Part shown: piece by piece, positions 11,916-24,386 of the stretch
Position numbering within the stretch: position 1 is the stretch's first letter
How the letters are laid out: every line of letters starts with the position of its first letter
Origin: Ostrea edulis
Taxonomy: Eukaryota
Reading direction: 5' to 3'
Length of the DNA: 64,000 nucleotides
NCBI RefSeq assembly: GCF_947568905.1
Contig: NC_079165.1
Location: 1,302,001-1,366,000, forward strand
Program-made: the position numbers and the translations under genes
Notes under the pieces: generated by a model
The model's database searches: none
Told to the model about the DNA's origin: nothing
The model's input: only the letters and a program-made list of their open reading frames with translations

Positions 11916-12784
11916 ACGAAATTAACACGATGATATACAGGCGTAAACAACTACAAATGTGTCTCAAATGACGTAATAAGAAAGAGCGACAATTCCTTCA
12001 TTCGTTTCTATAAACAACGATTTTGAATAGGTATTTTGCGCATTTACCTGGAATTTAAAGAAAAATAAACACATCAATAAACTTTTCAAAAGGGGTTTCA
12101 ATGAATAATAAACTTTATTTTCAAATCTATTTTTATTACACTTGACCTTTAATGTAATATGTGTTTATAAGTGTTTCCTCATGTGACGTTCGCAGAAATC
12201 ACTTTACGCCGGGGAAACACGAACTCATTGACATACCAAAGTTAAATGATTAATCGAAACTCTTGACGCAGCCCGTAATCGGATATCAACACCTCTCACC
12301 TTCCTTGCTTTCATGAATACATCTTCTAAGCTGTTTACCTTAAGCAAAATCTGTTTGAGATATGCTGAATCGTGACATGTACATATCATTTTCAGGGGTA
12401 TTATTTTGCTGAGCAATACTATATCCGTTTTTATCCAATGTAAACAAACATTGGCATGTAGAAATGGCTATTGGCGATGTATGCTAAAATACAAGCTCTT
12501 TCTTTAAACATTGCGAAAGGCAATGCGATACTGACTGGAAACGATGACATACGAACGACAACTCGAAGTAAACATTGGCACAGTCTGTTCCCATGAATGA
12601 CTTTGAAGATCTGCATAATCTATGAAAATTAATGCGATTAGTTTTTATGATGATTTGTCAGACAGGGTTTCATGCTTAAGAAGATGTGTAGTGTTTAGGT
12701 ATCTATGGTAAACTGAATAGGGACTACAGATCAAATGTGAAATCGACTGCTACTGTGAAGTTGAGTGAACTAAAAACGAAATGG

Positions 12785-13111
12785 ATTAAGTCAGCATTTC
12801 GCAAATTCTCTGGTCGTTATAACAATATAGTTTATTTATATAACATATTATTGGGTCAAATGTTGTCTGACGTGTTTCATGCCGATTGTTATGCCGTTCT
12901 TGGCACATTGAGTTTGACTACGGATAACTCTGTTCATTTGATCATGATATAGGGCTCACGGCGGGAGAAACCGGTCGACAAGGCATGTTTACTCCTAGGC
13001 ACCTGATCCCACCTCTGGTATATCCAGGGGTCCGTATTTGTCCAACTCTCTGTTTTGCATTGTTTATAGGAATTATGAGATTGATCACTGTTCGTTATTT
13101 TCACCTTTCAC
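12785..13111 (+). mobile_element. Naiad 3' fragment (RT end + tail)
   Basis: Homologous to ~797-1124. Confidence 0.8.
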
Positions 13112-14828
13112 AGTGTAGATACAACTTTCTATTTTGCATTGCTTATTAGATTGATAACTGTTCGTTATCATCACTGTTCATTATCTTCACCTTTATGCTG
13201 GTGATAATGAAGAAGTGAAGCTAACAAAGTTATTAATGCAATAAATTGTATAATAAATACATTAAGAGAAAGACAAACACGGGTATACCAGTGGTGAAAT
13301 TAGGTGGAGTAAGCATCAGCTGTTCACAAGCTACGCCCGCCTGAGCCCTAGATCTTAATCAGGTTAATGGAGTTATGCGTATGTGAAAAACGCCCGAACA
13401 ATTGCGCAGCTCAGTTAAGGCTTCCTGAGAACAATCTCAGTGCTGTATATAAATGTACCTCTGTGCACTTTGCACCATGAAAGGTGAAGATAACAAACAG
13501 TGATCAATCTCATAGCTCCTTTTAAGACCCAATTTTAAGTTAACATCCACAAGTTTCAGCTGTACCTTGATCAATGTCAATCAAACTTTTAACAATAGAT
13601 CTCAGGTGGAGTGACATCTACAGAGATTGTGATCTGGAGGGACCCCAGAGAGATGTTTTGATAACAATAACAGCCAAAACTTACAGGTATCTTTAGATCT
13701 TGAGGAAGCCCAGTCTACCTGAGTTTTGATAGCACGAAACTGTCCACAGCTGCTATTTTCTCGTAATTCAAAATAATAATAAAAAAAAAAACGGCTGAAC
13801 AATCCAATTTTGATATAATTGTATTTTCTACCTTTATATAAATGCATTATGAATTACACAATCAGAAATCAAACAATAATTTGCACATTAATTTCTAAAA
13901 TTTGTAACTTATTGAAATAATTTATATCATCAATTTCTGATACCTCAATATCTATAATAGAAATTATTCATTGAGCCATAACATTGAGAAGGATAAAGAC
14001 GGGGGGTGGGTGGGTGGGTGTATACTGTGTATCAACTACAATTAGGAATACAGTCATTATACAATTAATATGACCACAGAAACTCTGCAGACAGCCCTGA
14101 GACATGCCCTGTGTATATCAAAACTATACACTACACCCTGATCTCTTGGCCAGGTAAATTCCAGGTACATATGATTAATAATAACCATAGATTATCTCCA
14201 CCTACATCTAGTGATTCGTGAAGAAACCGTACGGTATTTCTGTGGGTCTTTGAGCAACACAAAATACAGTGTTGGACAAACACGAAACCCTGGATATATC
14301 AGAGGTGGGAGCAAGTGCATACGAGGAGTAAGCATCCCCTGTCGACCGGTCACATGTGTCGCAATTAAATAAAAATACGTTAAAACATACACGTTCTTAT
14401 AATTCCATCGCGGATAAATTGTCATAAAATTTTGTCGGTATTTACTACCGTTATCAAGCTGTATACGTGAACATTTTTCTTGTCAAATTAATTCTCATTT
14501 TAATATGAGATTTCTTTTGATTTTCATAACATGTATGCGCGAAGGTGATATTCATACTGTGTTGTGACTTTGAAATCGCCTTTATATCTCGATCATCGCT
14601 GACTTTTAAGCAAATAAAATTTTCATACTTAGTGCGACAAGCTGCAGTAAATGTAAAAGTGCAACGATATACAGTGCATCGCGATGTTTGATGTTTATAT
14701 ATTTTTATTCCAATTGCATTCTATAAATACAAAAACTGCTAGGACTAACTTCTGATACAAAATAAATCTCTTTTGGTATCTGATAATTTCTTGCATACTG
14801 TCGAAAATTGAAAAATATGCGGCATATA

Positions 14829-15349
14829 CTTAGACGAATTTGACTCCACTTTTTTGGCACGCTGTTTTTGGCTATAATAGCTCTAAAACTTCATAGTTAT
14901 TTCGAATTTCAAACATTTCGGTTGAGCATCCCTGAAGGGACATTATTTGTCGAAATGCGCATCTGGTGCATCAAAATTGGTACCGTATAAGTTTTACATT
15001 ATCACCCCTGGGTCGAGGCCTCTGCTGGTGGACTGTTAGTCCCCGAGGGTCTCTACAGCCCAGTAGCTAAGCACTTCGTTACTAGCTTGAAAATACGGAT
15101 GTATATTTAATTGCTGTTATAAAATTTAGAAATTCATTTCAGAATTAAGGATTATCTCCTTCATGTATAGCTCTTATCCTTAAACGAATTTGACTCCACT
15201 TTTTTGGCACGCTGTTTTTGGTTATAATAGCTCTAAAACTTCATTGTTATTTCGGATTTCAAACATTTCGGTTGAGCTTCACTGAAGAGACATTATTTGT
15301 CGAAATGCGCATCTGGTGCATCAAAATTGGTAGCGTATAAGTTTTACAT
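14829..15349 (+). mobile_element. Retrozyme-like element, 1.5 head-to-tail copies, 350-bp monomer
   Basis: Two hammerhead motifs at 14926-14969 and 15276-15319, exactly 350 bp apart. Empty paralogous sites at ~25772 and ~36553. Confidence 0.85.
15276..15319 (+). ncRNA. Minimal type I hammerhead ribozyme (core intact, one stem I mismatch)
   Basis: GCTTCA-CTGAAGA-GACATTATTTGTC-GAA-ATGCGCAT-C-TGGTGC; predicted cleavage after C15313. The upstream motif at 14926 has CTGAAGG and a stem I mismatch. Confidence 0.8.
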
Positions 15350-16530
15350 GGTATACATTTTAGCCCTCATTTCTTTTATAGATCTTGCTCCCAAGACGTT
15401 TCAGTGAATGTAAAGTAAGCTTTGTCACTACAAAAATGTCGGCCTTCATATAGCCGATATCGTTGTACTTTGGGGATTATTACATGTACAATCATTTTGG
15501 TGGTTCTAAATTTAAAATGATACGTGATAGTCATGTGATATTAAACATTTGTCTCTATAAAAACGCATGGAAGCTTACTAGGTATCGGCATGCATGTCCA
15601 TTCTTTCTCGGATATTTGTTATTGAATATTATCCATGGAAAAAAATATTGTAACTGCTATATATATATATATTAGTTTATTTCTGTATGTGACGCCTTAA
15701 TTCAATCGTGTGGTATGAAAGCTTTCAACTCGCTTATAGATTATATATGCAAATTATATGATTATAACGATCACAGAATTTCAAAATGTTGATTTTCAAC
15801 AAGACTATTGAAATTCCTATAATATCAACTTCAGTGTTTGTACCCTGCTTCAATTTAAGATGCGATCATACATAGAACATGCTCTCGTGCATCGTGAAAA
15901 TGGAGAGTCTTAAACAATATAGCTAGATGATAATGGAATATTGATACACAAATATTGAAAGTTAAGGATAAAGAAGCTGAATTCATCTTGCTTTCAGAAA
16001 GTTGTGGTATTATTTTGCCGTTTGCATACATGTTCAATAAAATATCCATAAAATATCCATATAAGACATATATCAAGCAGATATAAATGACTCTGTGGCG
16101 TCTTTTATTTAGAGTTCACTGGGATGAAAAGGTGAAGATAATGAACATTGATCAATCTCATAAGTCCTATAACGAAAACAAAAATAAAAGTCAGTTTCAA
16201 AGGAATCATTTGGAATATTACGGAATATCCCGCCTTACATGTATGCGATTCTCCACAAGTTACTTTGAACTGTCCTTTGTACGACAAATCCACATGTATG
16301 ACAAACAAACGATCAACAGCAGTAAAGTGCAAGGAATAAATTTCACCTTTGAAAATACATGATATTTGATGTTGACGAAAGTGAGAGTAAAATAAATCAC
16401 AGATACCTTTCGTGTCGCAGTACATCACGATATACCACAGTTGATTGGATGACACCAGTCTCATAAACCAGGGATCACAGGTCCCACCGGACATTACAAT
16501 ATTCTACATTTGTAGACTGCCACTTGTTTA

Positions 16531-16968
16531 ATGTAAAACTTATATGGTACACATTTTTATGCACCAGATGCGCATGTTGAGAAATAATGTCTCTTCAGTG
16601 ATGCTGAAGTCGAAATTTGGGAAATTCGAAATGACAAAAAATTTGTAACAGCTAAAAGGAAAACTAGAGTGCCAAATAAACTGGAACCAAATTCGTCCAA
16701 GGATCAGAGCTATGCATGAGGGAGATATCATCTTTAATTTTGAAATGAATTTCTAAATTTTATCCCAGCAATTAAATATACATCCGTATTTTCAAGCTAG
16801 TAACGAAGTACTTAGCTACTGGGCTGTAGAGACCCTCGGGGACTTACAGTCCACCAGAAGTGGACTCGACCCAGGGGTCATAATGTGAAACTTATACGGT
16901 ACCAATATTGATACACCAGATGCGCATTTTGACAAACAATATCTCTTCAGTGATGCTCAAGTCGAATA
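16531..16968 (-). mobile_element. Diverged retrozyme-like tandem copy
   Basis: Hammerhead-derived motifs at 16561-16604 and 16913-16956 (352 bp apart), with GAAA mutated to AACA and AAAA. Same insertion at 37738-38172; empty site at ~26955. Confidence 0.8.
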
Positions 16969-19900
16969 TATCTTTTACGCTTCTATTTCAAGCAAATATT
17001 CTAAACGGGGTGTGTTGCGAAGAACATGTCTTAGGAAATGTTTTAGAGATTTACGAGACTTTTGTTACTAAAAGCGAATCGAATTTCTTCATAATGTAAT
17101 TTGAAATATACAGAAATAATTCCCATTATCATAATATGATTTGCCTTCCAGATATGGTGAGATTGTTGATTGTAAAAGTCTTGTTATTGTTCTATTGTGG
17201 TTTCATATTCTTCATAATGTCTTCATTACCATTTAATCATTTCAGAGTAGAACAAGAATCTGATTGGACAGTGCGATAATGAGAGATATGATTTGGACTT
17301 GCTGTTTGGTTTGGTAAACCGCATTTCTTAATGAACAAGACGACAATCTTTTTTATGAGTTTATGGATGAAAGAAACATTAAATTTGAATAAGTAACCAT
17401 TATGTGCCATTACTTCATTCATTTGTAAACTCTGAGAGTATAGAAAATCATTATTACTCATTAGTTTAATCGTTAATCAACCTAGAAGAAAAATTAAACC
17501 GAAGGTTTGCACTTACTGTGTGGCTATACTTTTCATCACTATGAATTTATAAATAATATTTTGATGTAATGACCGTAGGGTTTGAATTGTAGACATGGTA
17601 AGTGCGCTACTGTAGTCTGAATTACAATTGATGTTTTAGTCCTTGATGTTAGCTATTTTGATTTCCTCTATCTTTTGCAGATGTACACGCGTTTATGTTC
17701 TCAAAATTATACAAGTCCGTGTTAAAATATGAACTACAGTCGCTTTCACTGTCTTCACTTTGTAAGAAGATAAAAATGGACTTCTTCTTACTGGACGATT
17801 CAAATGAATTCTTGTGAAAAGGAGGGAGATCAATAAACAGTGATCAATTTTATAACTCCTATAAAGAATACAAGATTAAGAGTAGGGCACCCTTCGATAT
17901 ACCAGAGGTAGGATCAGGAGGCTAGGAGGAGTAAGTATCTCCATGTTCCTGTTGACCGGTCACACCCGCGCTGATCCTTACAACTTGATCAAGTAAACAA
18001 AGTAATTCCAAGCAGTTGATATTTAGGTGAGGAGCAAATACATGAGCTTTGTAGAACATTTGCTGGATGTAGCAATTTATCTGTTTGTAAGGGGTTTTGC
18101 GTATTTTTTTTTTAAATTCAGCATAGGTACGGTAATTCATATTGATCAGTCGACAGGGGAGATGATTACTCCCCCTAGACACCTGATCCCACCTCTTGTG
18201 TGTCCAAGGATCCTTGTTTGCCCAATTACCTATTTTGTATTGCTTATGCGATTTATGAGATTGATCACTGTTCGTTATCTTCATCTTTTATGCGTTTGTT
18301 CCATTGACCTGGCTACCACAAGTGTTTATAACACTAAATATCGTCTTTGAAAAGGGAATTTTGAGGATTACCAAGTTCGTTTAGAATGCAGTTGTAATAA
18401 TGAGCTTTACAAATAGACAATCGCATTACGAACTTTTGTCAGTTGGAACCAATACATATTCCTCATCGAATCTATATAATTCTCTCATCATATCTGGTTT
18501 ACTAAACACAAAATGATAGTTAGTACGTACTTTTATTTTATGTGTCGAATACGAGATTGTAATCATACATCACTCATTTCTCTTCATATTTATCATATAT
18601 CAACTGTAATACGAAGAATTCCATAGAGTGTGTAATAGTCACCGGTTACTGTTTTATTTATAGTGAAGTTCAATTCAAATAACTATGTTTCTTTGAATTT
18701 GAATTATATGTGTAATATTGCAACTTTGATTTACGCATTTGAACAATGTATTACTAATTGGGAGGAATATAGTTTAATCATAATGTTTCAAATCAGTTAA
18801 TTTTTCTTTATATCAGTAATATATATTTTGTTTAGAATTTCATCTTCATACTGAAATATATGTCAATCTCAATATTCAATCGTAAGAATGTAATCAAAAT
18901 CTCCCAGGCATCAAAATGAATTAAGCGTCTTTACAATTAGTGTTGCATCGCTTTTAACATCATCATACATAATTCACACATATTTTTAAAAAATGCATTC
19001 AGCTTTTAAACCAATCCCTATCATATTTCATAAATCTTAAAATCATATTTGTAAATACCTTGCACATTTCACGGGGATACTTCCCGTTTCAATGCTAATT
19101 CCTTTAGATAGAGGACATCGTGATTTGAAGATATTTAAGAGAAAATATTTAGTACAGAGTCCAGATTTATCTAGCCTAAATCAACTGGAGAAATTGCATA
19201 TTAAACGTGATTGCACAAACTTTGGAGAGTACGTTCATGAATTCTTTATTTTTTGTTTTTATTACCAATTATATGAATGAACATGTGAAATGGATTGTTA
19301 TTGAAAATATCAAAATATGCAATGGAACTATGATCTATGCTAATCTCCTGTCCTTTCGATCACATTGAATGTACCGTATAACATATGTATTGAACTATCA
19401 ATTCAGACAGCAAAACATCAAGGTGGCATTGATATTTAAAATCATCATGGATACATGATTTGCCATAGAAAGAAATGTCAAATGTCAGGTAGAACGTTTT
19501 CCATTTGTACTTTGAAATTATTGATTATAGCAAAAAATTAGGTCATAGTTTTAGAAACCTGCAATCCCTGTCTTCTGGGAGATTAATAACTCGTCCTTCA
19601 TAATCTGTTATTTTTCAAGAACAATTTATGTTTTTGTATCTAGTAACAATCATTTCAAGGACAGATAAGTATTTTTTGTGAACAAACGATCTTAACATTA
19701 CTTTCGCTAAGAAAGAGGTTTATTACAAACACAAGTCATATTAACAAAATTCCGATATTTTCTTAAACCCTATAGTGTTCATGGTGATAATAACATACCA
19801 TGAGCTTTAATAAATTCAAGAGGCAGTCAGGCAGATACCACGGCATAATTGTAATAATCATTGTTTTTACATATGATACTCTCAAATATTCCATCTAAGC

Positions 19901-21255
19901 ACCCTGTGCAAGTGTATGCTAAAAAGTGTGATATTATTTAAATGTAATTTTATCAAAAGGTGAAGATCAATCTCATAGCTCATATGAAGAGTGCAAAATT
20001 AAATGTTGGGCAAACACGGACCACTGGACATTCCAGGGGTGATATTAGGTGACTAAGAGAAGTAAGCATCCATTGTCGACTGGTCACACACGCAAACAAG
20101 TCAAGGATAATTGTTCAATTTATATCTGATCATTTCATTACCATGTGTAAATCTTCGAAATAACATACCTTTGATAATTAACGTGCATGACAATTGACCT
20201 TTTTTCAATCCACATAATCTTAATCAAATGAGAGTAAGTTGAAATTTCTTGTCTTTGTATTTTGTTTGAACTTGATTTAATATCTTAGTTATAAATTCGT
20301 ATTCGTTCGTTCAGCACACAATTTAAAGTTCATGACATAAGAGTATTTTTCACAAAATCAAGAAAAAAATGTTGAGCCTTGTCCTAAATCAACGGGAGCT
20401 ATTCAGGAATTAATTATTAGAATTATATCTGTCCGTGGTGTTTCATCCACACTAAGTCATCTAAAATTGCAATGTACCTATGCAAAATCATTTGTAAATA
20501 GGATATACAAAGCGGCAAAAAAAAAAAAAAAACACAAAAAAACGTGGGAAAATAGCAATGTGTATGAGCATTTTTTTAAAACTCGAGGCAAGTTCGTGAC
20601 AAATCAGCATGTGTTATAGGAGTATCAATAGTCTCGTTTAGATTCATACTCTTGCAAATTATATGTTCGTTATAATCATCCAATTTGCAAATACAAGCTA
20701 TTACGGGGTCGGATGCTTTCCTACGCCGTTTTATTCCAATTGTTAGTCCGTTATTTCCATAAAGATAACAGTGATCAATCTCATAACTCCTATAAGGAAT
20801 AAAAAATGAAGAGTTGAACAAACGTGGACGCCTAGGAGGAGAAAACATGCCCTGACTACCGATCACATCCTACGTGAAACCTATATATTGATAAGATAAA
20901 CGGAGTAACCTGGTGTGGCCCGGGATCTGAATTTCCTTTACTTTTGATTATATATTTTTATAGAAATCACAAAATTGATCACTGTTAGTGATTTTCACTT
21001 GTTCATATAGACTGTTCAATCATCTGGTTTCAAGTTTTATCATGAAGTAAACACATACTGCACATTAGCAAATAAATATTTAGGTAGAAGAAAACCATAT
21101 ATAATCAGGAAATATCTTTGATCAAATTATGGTGATTCAGAACATTAATTTAGCATTGAAATGCTATCATTATTCATTATATGATTTAAATATTTATCCC
21201 CTACTTGGTACGCCGTGATTTCCCTGATGAAATTAATCGCTTGAAAAGTACTTAA

Positions 21256-21356
21256 TGTAAAACTTATACGGTACCAATTTTAATGCACCAGATGCGCATT
21301 TCGACAAATAATGTCTCTTCAGTGATGCTCAACCGAAATGTTTAAAATCCGAAATA
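21256..21356 (-). mobile_element. 5'-truncated retrozyme-like insertion
   Basis: Inserted in GTACTTAAT|ATCAAA; empty sites at ~31489 and ~44469. Confidence 0.85.
21285..21328 (-). ncRNA. Minimal type I hammerhead ribozyme, consensus-intact
   Basis: Minus strand reads GCATCA CTGAAGA GACATTATTTGTC GAA ATGCGCAT C TGGTGC. Stem I GCAUCA/UGGUGC, stem II GACA/UGUC, palindromic stem III AUGCGCAU, AUC cleavage triplet. Confidence 0.85.
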
Positions 21357-21829
21357 TATCAAAGTGTATCACGAGCAACGACCTTTCAAGTCCCATTTAT
21401 CTACCACATTATGATCAGCGCTTTTGTCAAATAGTATACTGAACTAAGACCAGCCATTGCCACATAATTTTAAAAGTGAATGCTACAGACATTTGTTGAC
21501 TTATTTCAGTAATATCTCAAGAGTAGAGTGTTGGCATACATTTTTCAAGCAATACAAATACCAGTTATGTGTCGCAGAAAGTGTGTACCTATATCAAACT
21601 GGTTTTGCGAAAGCTTCGGTTTGATTTTTTTTGTTTTTGGACAAATTTGCGAAACACATTTAAAAACAAACACAAGTATAGTGGTGATTTCGCATATGAA
21701 TCGAAATACAAAGTTTGCTTTAAAAGGAGTAACTGTTAAAGACTATGCTGAATATATCATTCTCATTATCACAACTATTAATAGGAACACGATTTTATAC
21801 CACCTATGCTTTTAGTTTTTGTTGATGTG

Positions 21830-22200
21830 CTGATTCGATATATCCCAATGAACTCGAAATAAAAGACACCTCATAGTCTTCCATATCTGCTTCGTATTAT
21901 TTTTTCTGAGCATACATGTTAATAGCAAACTAACAACTCAACTTCATGACGAACAGGATGACTTCAGCTTATCCATCATCAAATTCCCATATTTATGTAG
22001 GAATATTTTATTATCACCTGTATATGGTGTTTATTTCTCTCAACAACATATGTAATTCTATACGCAAGAGTTTGGTTTGTGTATGATCAGTTTTTAAATT
22101 GAGGCATGCTACTGTCAAATACCTTGAGGTTACAGGGGTTGCAGTCTCTGGTATATCGAGTTGTCCGTGTTTCCCATGCTTTTCAGTCTGTATTCCTTAT
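21830..22200 (+). mobile_element. Decayed Naiad RT fragment carried in each 11-kb unit (paralogs ~31975-32345 and ~44900-45280)
   Basis: Homologous to ~470-780 (YP.ELEIKDT...KLTTQL...FSIIKFPYLC). Confidence 0.7.
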
Positions 22201-23292
22201 ACGAATCATGACATTGATTTATGTCACGAGATGTATAGGGAAATAATGGGATTACTTTACTTGTAAACACATGATTTAAGTTCAAATATTCCGAGGTAAT
22301 GACACTATGAATTATTTGTATTTGTGATAAATATGAATTGCATGAAATAAAATGGTAAATGACATATCCTTGTATTATGTTTTAAGTTTGACAATAAGGT
22401 GGGTAAAGAAATGTATGCATAATAACATACATGTGACTATTTACTCAAAATTCATCATAAAATGAATATTTATATAAACTGGTACTGAAAATACTGCAAA
22501 AACATACAATAATTGGTAAACAAAGGGAAGACAGCTTGTTTGTATAAATAAATCACCAATTATATCATCCATCTTTTATATTGCTTGCAAATCCCGAATT
22601 TATGCATTTTACGATAATTGTCTGTGCTGCCTATGCCAATCACTCATTTATCCACCTGGCATCAGTTTGCATAAAATGTGAAGATAACGAACAGTGATCA
22701 AATTCATAAATCCCACAAAATTACAAAATTAAGAGTAGAGCAATATCGGACCCCTGGACAAACCAGGTGTGTTCTGGTACTTATTTCAATTTCTAATATA
22801 AGACCCAATTGGCATTTTCATCTGGAGGAGGGGGGGGGGTGTTTGGTTATTTAGGCAAAGAATGCATGTGCGATATTCAATCTATTAATTGTTGTTGTTT
22901 TTTATTATATTGTACTATTCATAGTTCTTTTATTTTCCATAAATTATCTGTGATATTACATCTCTGACTGTGAGAACACATTGTCTGTGATTTTGTAAAG
23001 GTATACGGGAAATATGCGAGATATATTTAGAAGTATGTATTATATCAAATTCAATCGTGATATATTATCCCTTGCTCTGCAAAATACTTTTATTCTTTCA
23101 ATGATAATTGTTAAATTTTACATGCTTTGCGTGAATAATAATAGTTATTCTTTACATTCTGTTTTTGTAACGAACGAAACAATATACTTGGAGATGTTCG
23201 TGTGTGGTAATTCAAAAACCACCAAATATGTTTACCATTTAAATAACCTTAGTCCCTTAAACACATTCACAAATAAAGAATTAATTAGGAAT

Positions 23293-23571
23293 TGCGGTTT
23301 CCCATCTTTCCAATATCTGCAGAGAACCCATACAAATGTTGAGCTTTATTGCATACGAATAGCATCCAATCAAATTTGCAGCCTTTCCTAACAATGCTAA
23401 TAATATGCTAAATAAAAAAGAACCCTAGCATGTAAAACTTATACGGTACCAATTTTGATGCACCAGATGCGCATTTCGACAAATAATGTTTCTTCAGTGA
23501 TGCTCAACCAAAATGTTTGAAATCCGAAATAACTATGAAGTTTTAGAGCTAAATATAGCCAAGTATAAAAG
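23293..23571 (+). promoter_or_regulatory. Putative promoter of ankyrin copy 1 (RUNX-like site, CCAAT, TATA), interrupted by an insertion
   Basis: TGCGGTT 23293-99, CCAAT 23366-70, TATAAAAG 23564-71; the same motif order precedes all five copies. Confidence 0.5.
23429..23561 (-). mobile_element. 5'-truncated retrozyme-like insertion immediately upstream of the TATA box
   Basis: Hammerhead motif at 23460-23503 (stem II G to A change). Empty CCCTAG|TATAAAAG sites at ~34346 and ~46487. Confidence 0.85.
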
Positions 23572-23631
23572 ACAGAAAATGTAAATTCTGAAATAATCTA
23601 GGCCACAATCTGGACTTGTCTAAGAGAAATT

Positions 23632-24386
23632 ATGGAAACTATAGCTCAAAACATGTGGGAATGTGTTATCAACAGTAATTTGGGAGCATTGAAAAAAATG
23701 CTGAATTGTGGAGTCGATCCCAATATCACTGGTGAGAATGGAGAACCTCTGATATTTACCATTATTGTTAATGGAGATTTAGAATCACTGAAAATGTTGT
23801 TGGTTTACTGTGATGTTAACATTGAAAACAAAGATGGAAGATCTGCTCTGATGCTGGCTATTGAAATAGGCGATGTGGAAATGATCAAAGCATTGATCAA
23901 AGCAGGTATACATAACTCTTGAATATATTCCAAAGACATGAATCTTATTTGTTGATATTTCATTTTATCAGTTACGTATTTCAATTATACAATACTTTAT
24001 TGTCATTTTGTTTCTGTTTTTCAGGGGGTCGAATGAACAAGAGGGATAATTCCTGTAACACCCCCTTGTTATTGGCTTTGGAGGAAGGAAAATTCAGAAT
24101 CACTGAATACCTTATCAAACACGGAAGTGACGTGAATGAAATGGATGGTCTTGGTGAAACAGCCCTACATCTTGTTGCCACGGGGAAACACAATGACTGT
24201 ACGAAAATCGTTAAAATCCTGTTTCACTGCAGATACGTGATGAAAGAGGCAGACAAGTGGATATGCCCTGAGGACCTGATGGGCAATAAACGTCTTCAGT
24301 CTAAAAACGCAAAACTGCTTCACAAAATCAAAACATTTTGAAAGACTTTGGTACGGGAATACAATGTGATACCAAGAGAGTCTTGA
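23632..24386 (+). pseudogene. Ankyrin-repeat gene copy 1 (exons 23632-23905, 24025-24386), premature stop
   Basis: GT-AG phase-1 intron as in paralogs. TGG to TGA at 24339-41 removes the last ~15 residues, so it may still make a truncated protein. Confidence 0.75.

Larger units (their letters stand above)
10245..12148. mobile_element. Kolobok DNA transposon, internally deleted
   Basis: TTAA at 10241-44 and 12149-52. Termini AGGTCAAGT...ACTTGACCT. THAP relic reads inward from the left, KolX-like relic inward from the right. Confidence 0.75.

Noticed and set aside
13600-14230. GC-richer patches resembling decayed minus-strand exons (e.g. AVDSFVLSKLR*TGLPQDLKIPVSF)
   Set aside because: They contain stops, no family is recognisable, and I cannot support a gene model without a search.
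16087-16362. 91-aa ORF repeated at 26516 and 37341
   Set aside because: Conservation reflects the recent segmental duplication; its start is an antisense Naiad tail, and copy C has lost the first codons.
17922-18350. Short ORFs containing PPRHLIPPLVCPG-like peptides (also 28079, 29187, 32986, 40695, 57446)
   Set aside because: These are spurious translations of the non-coding Naiad tail.
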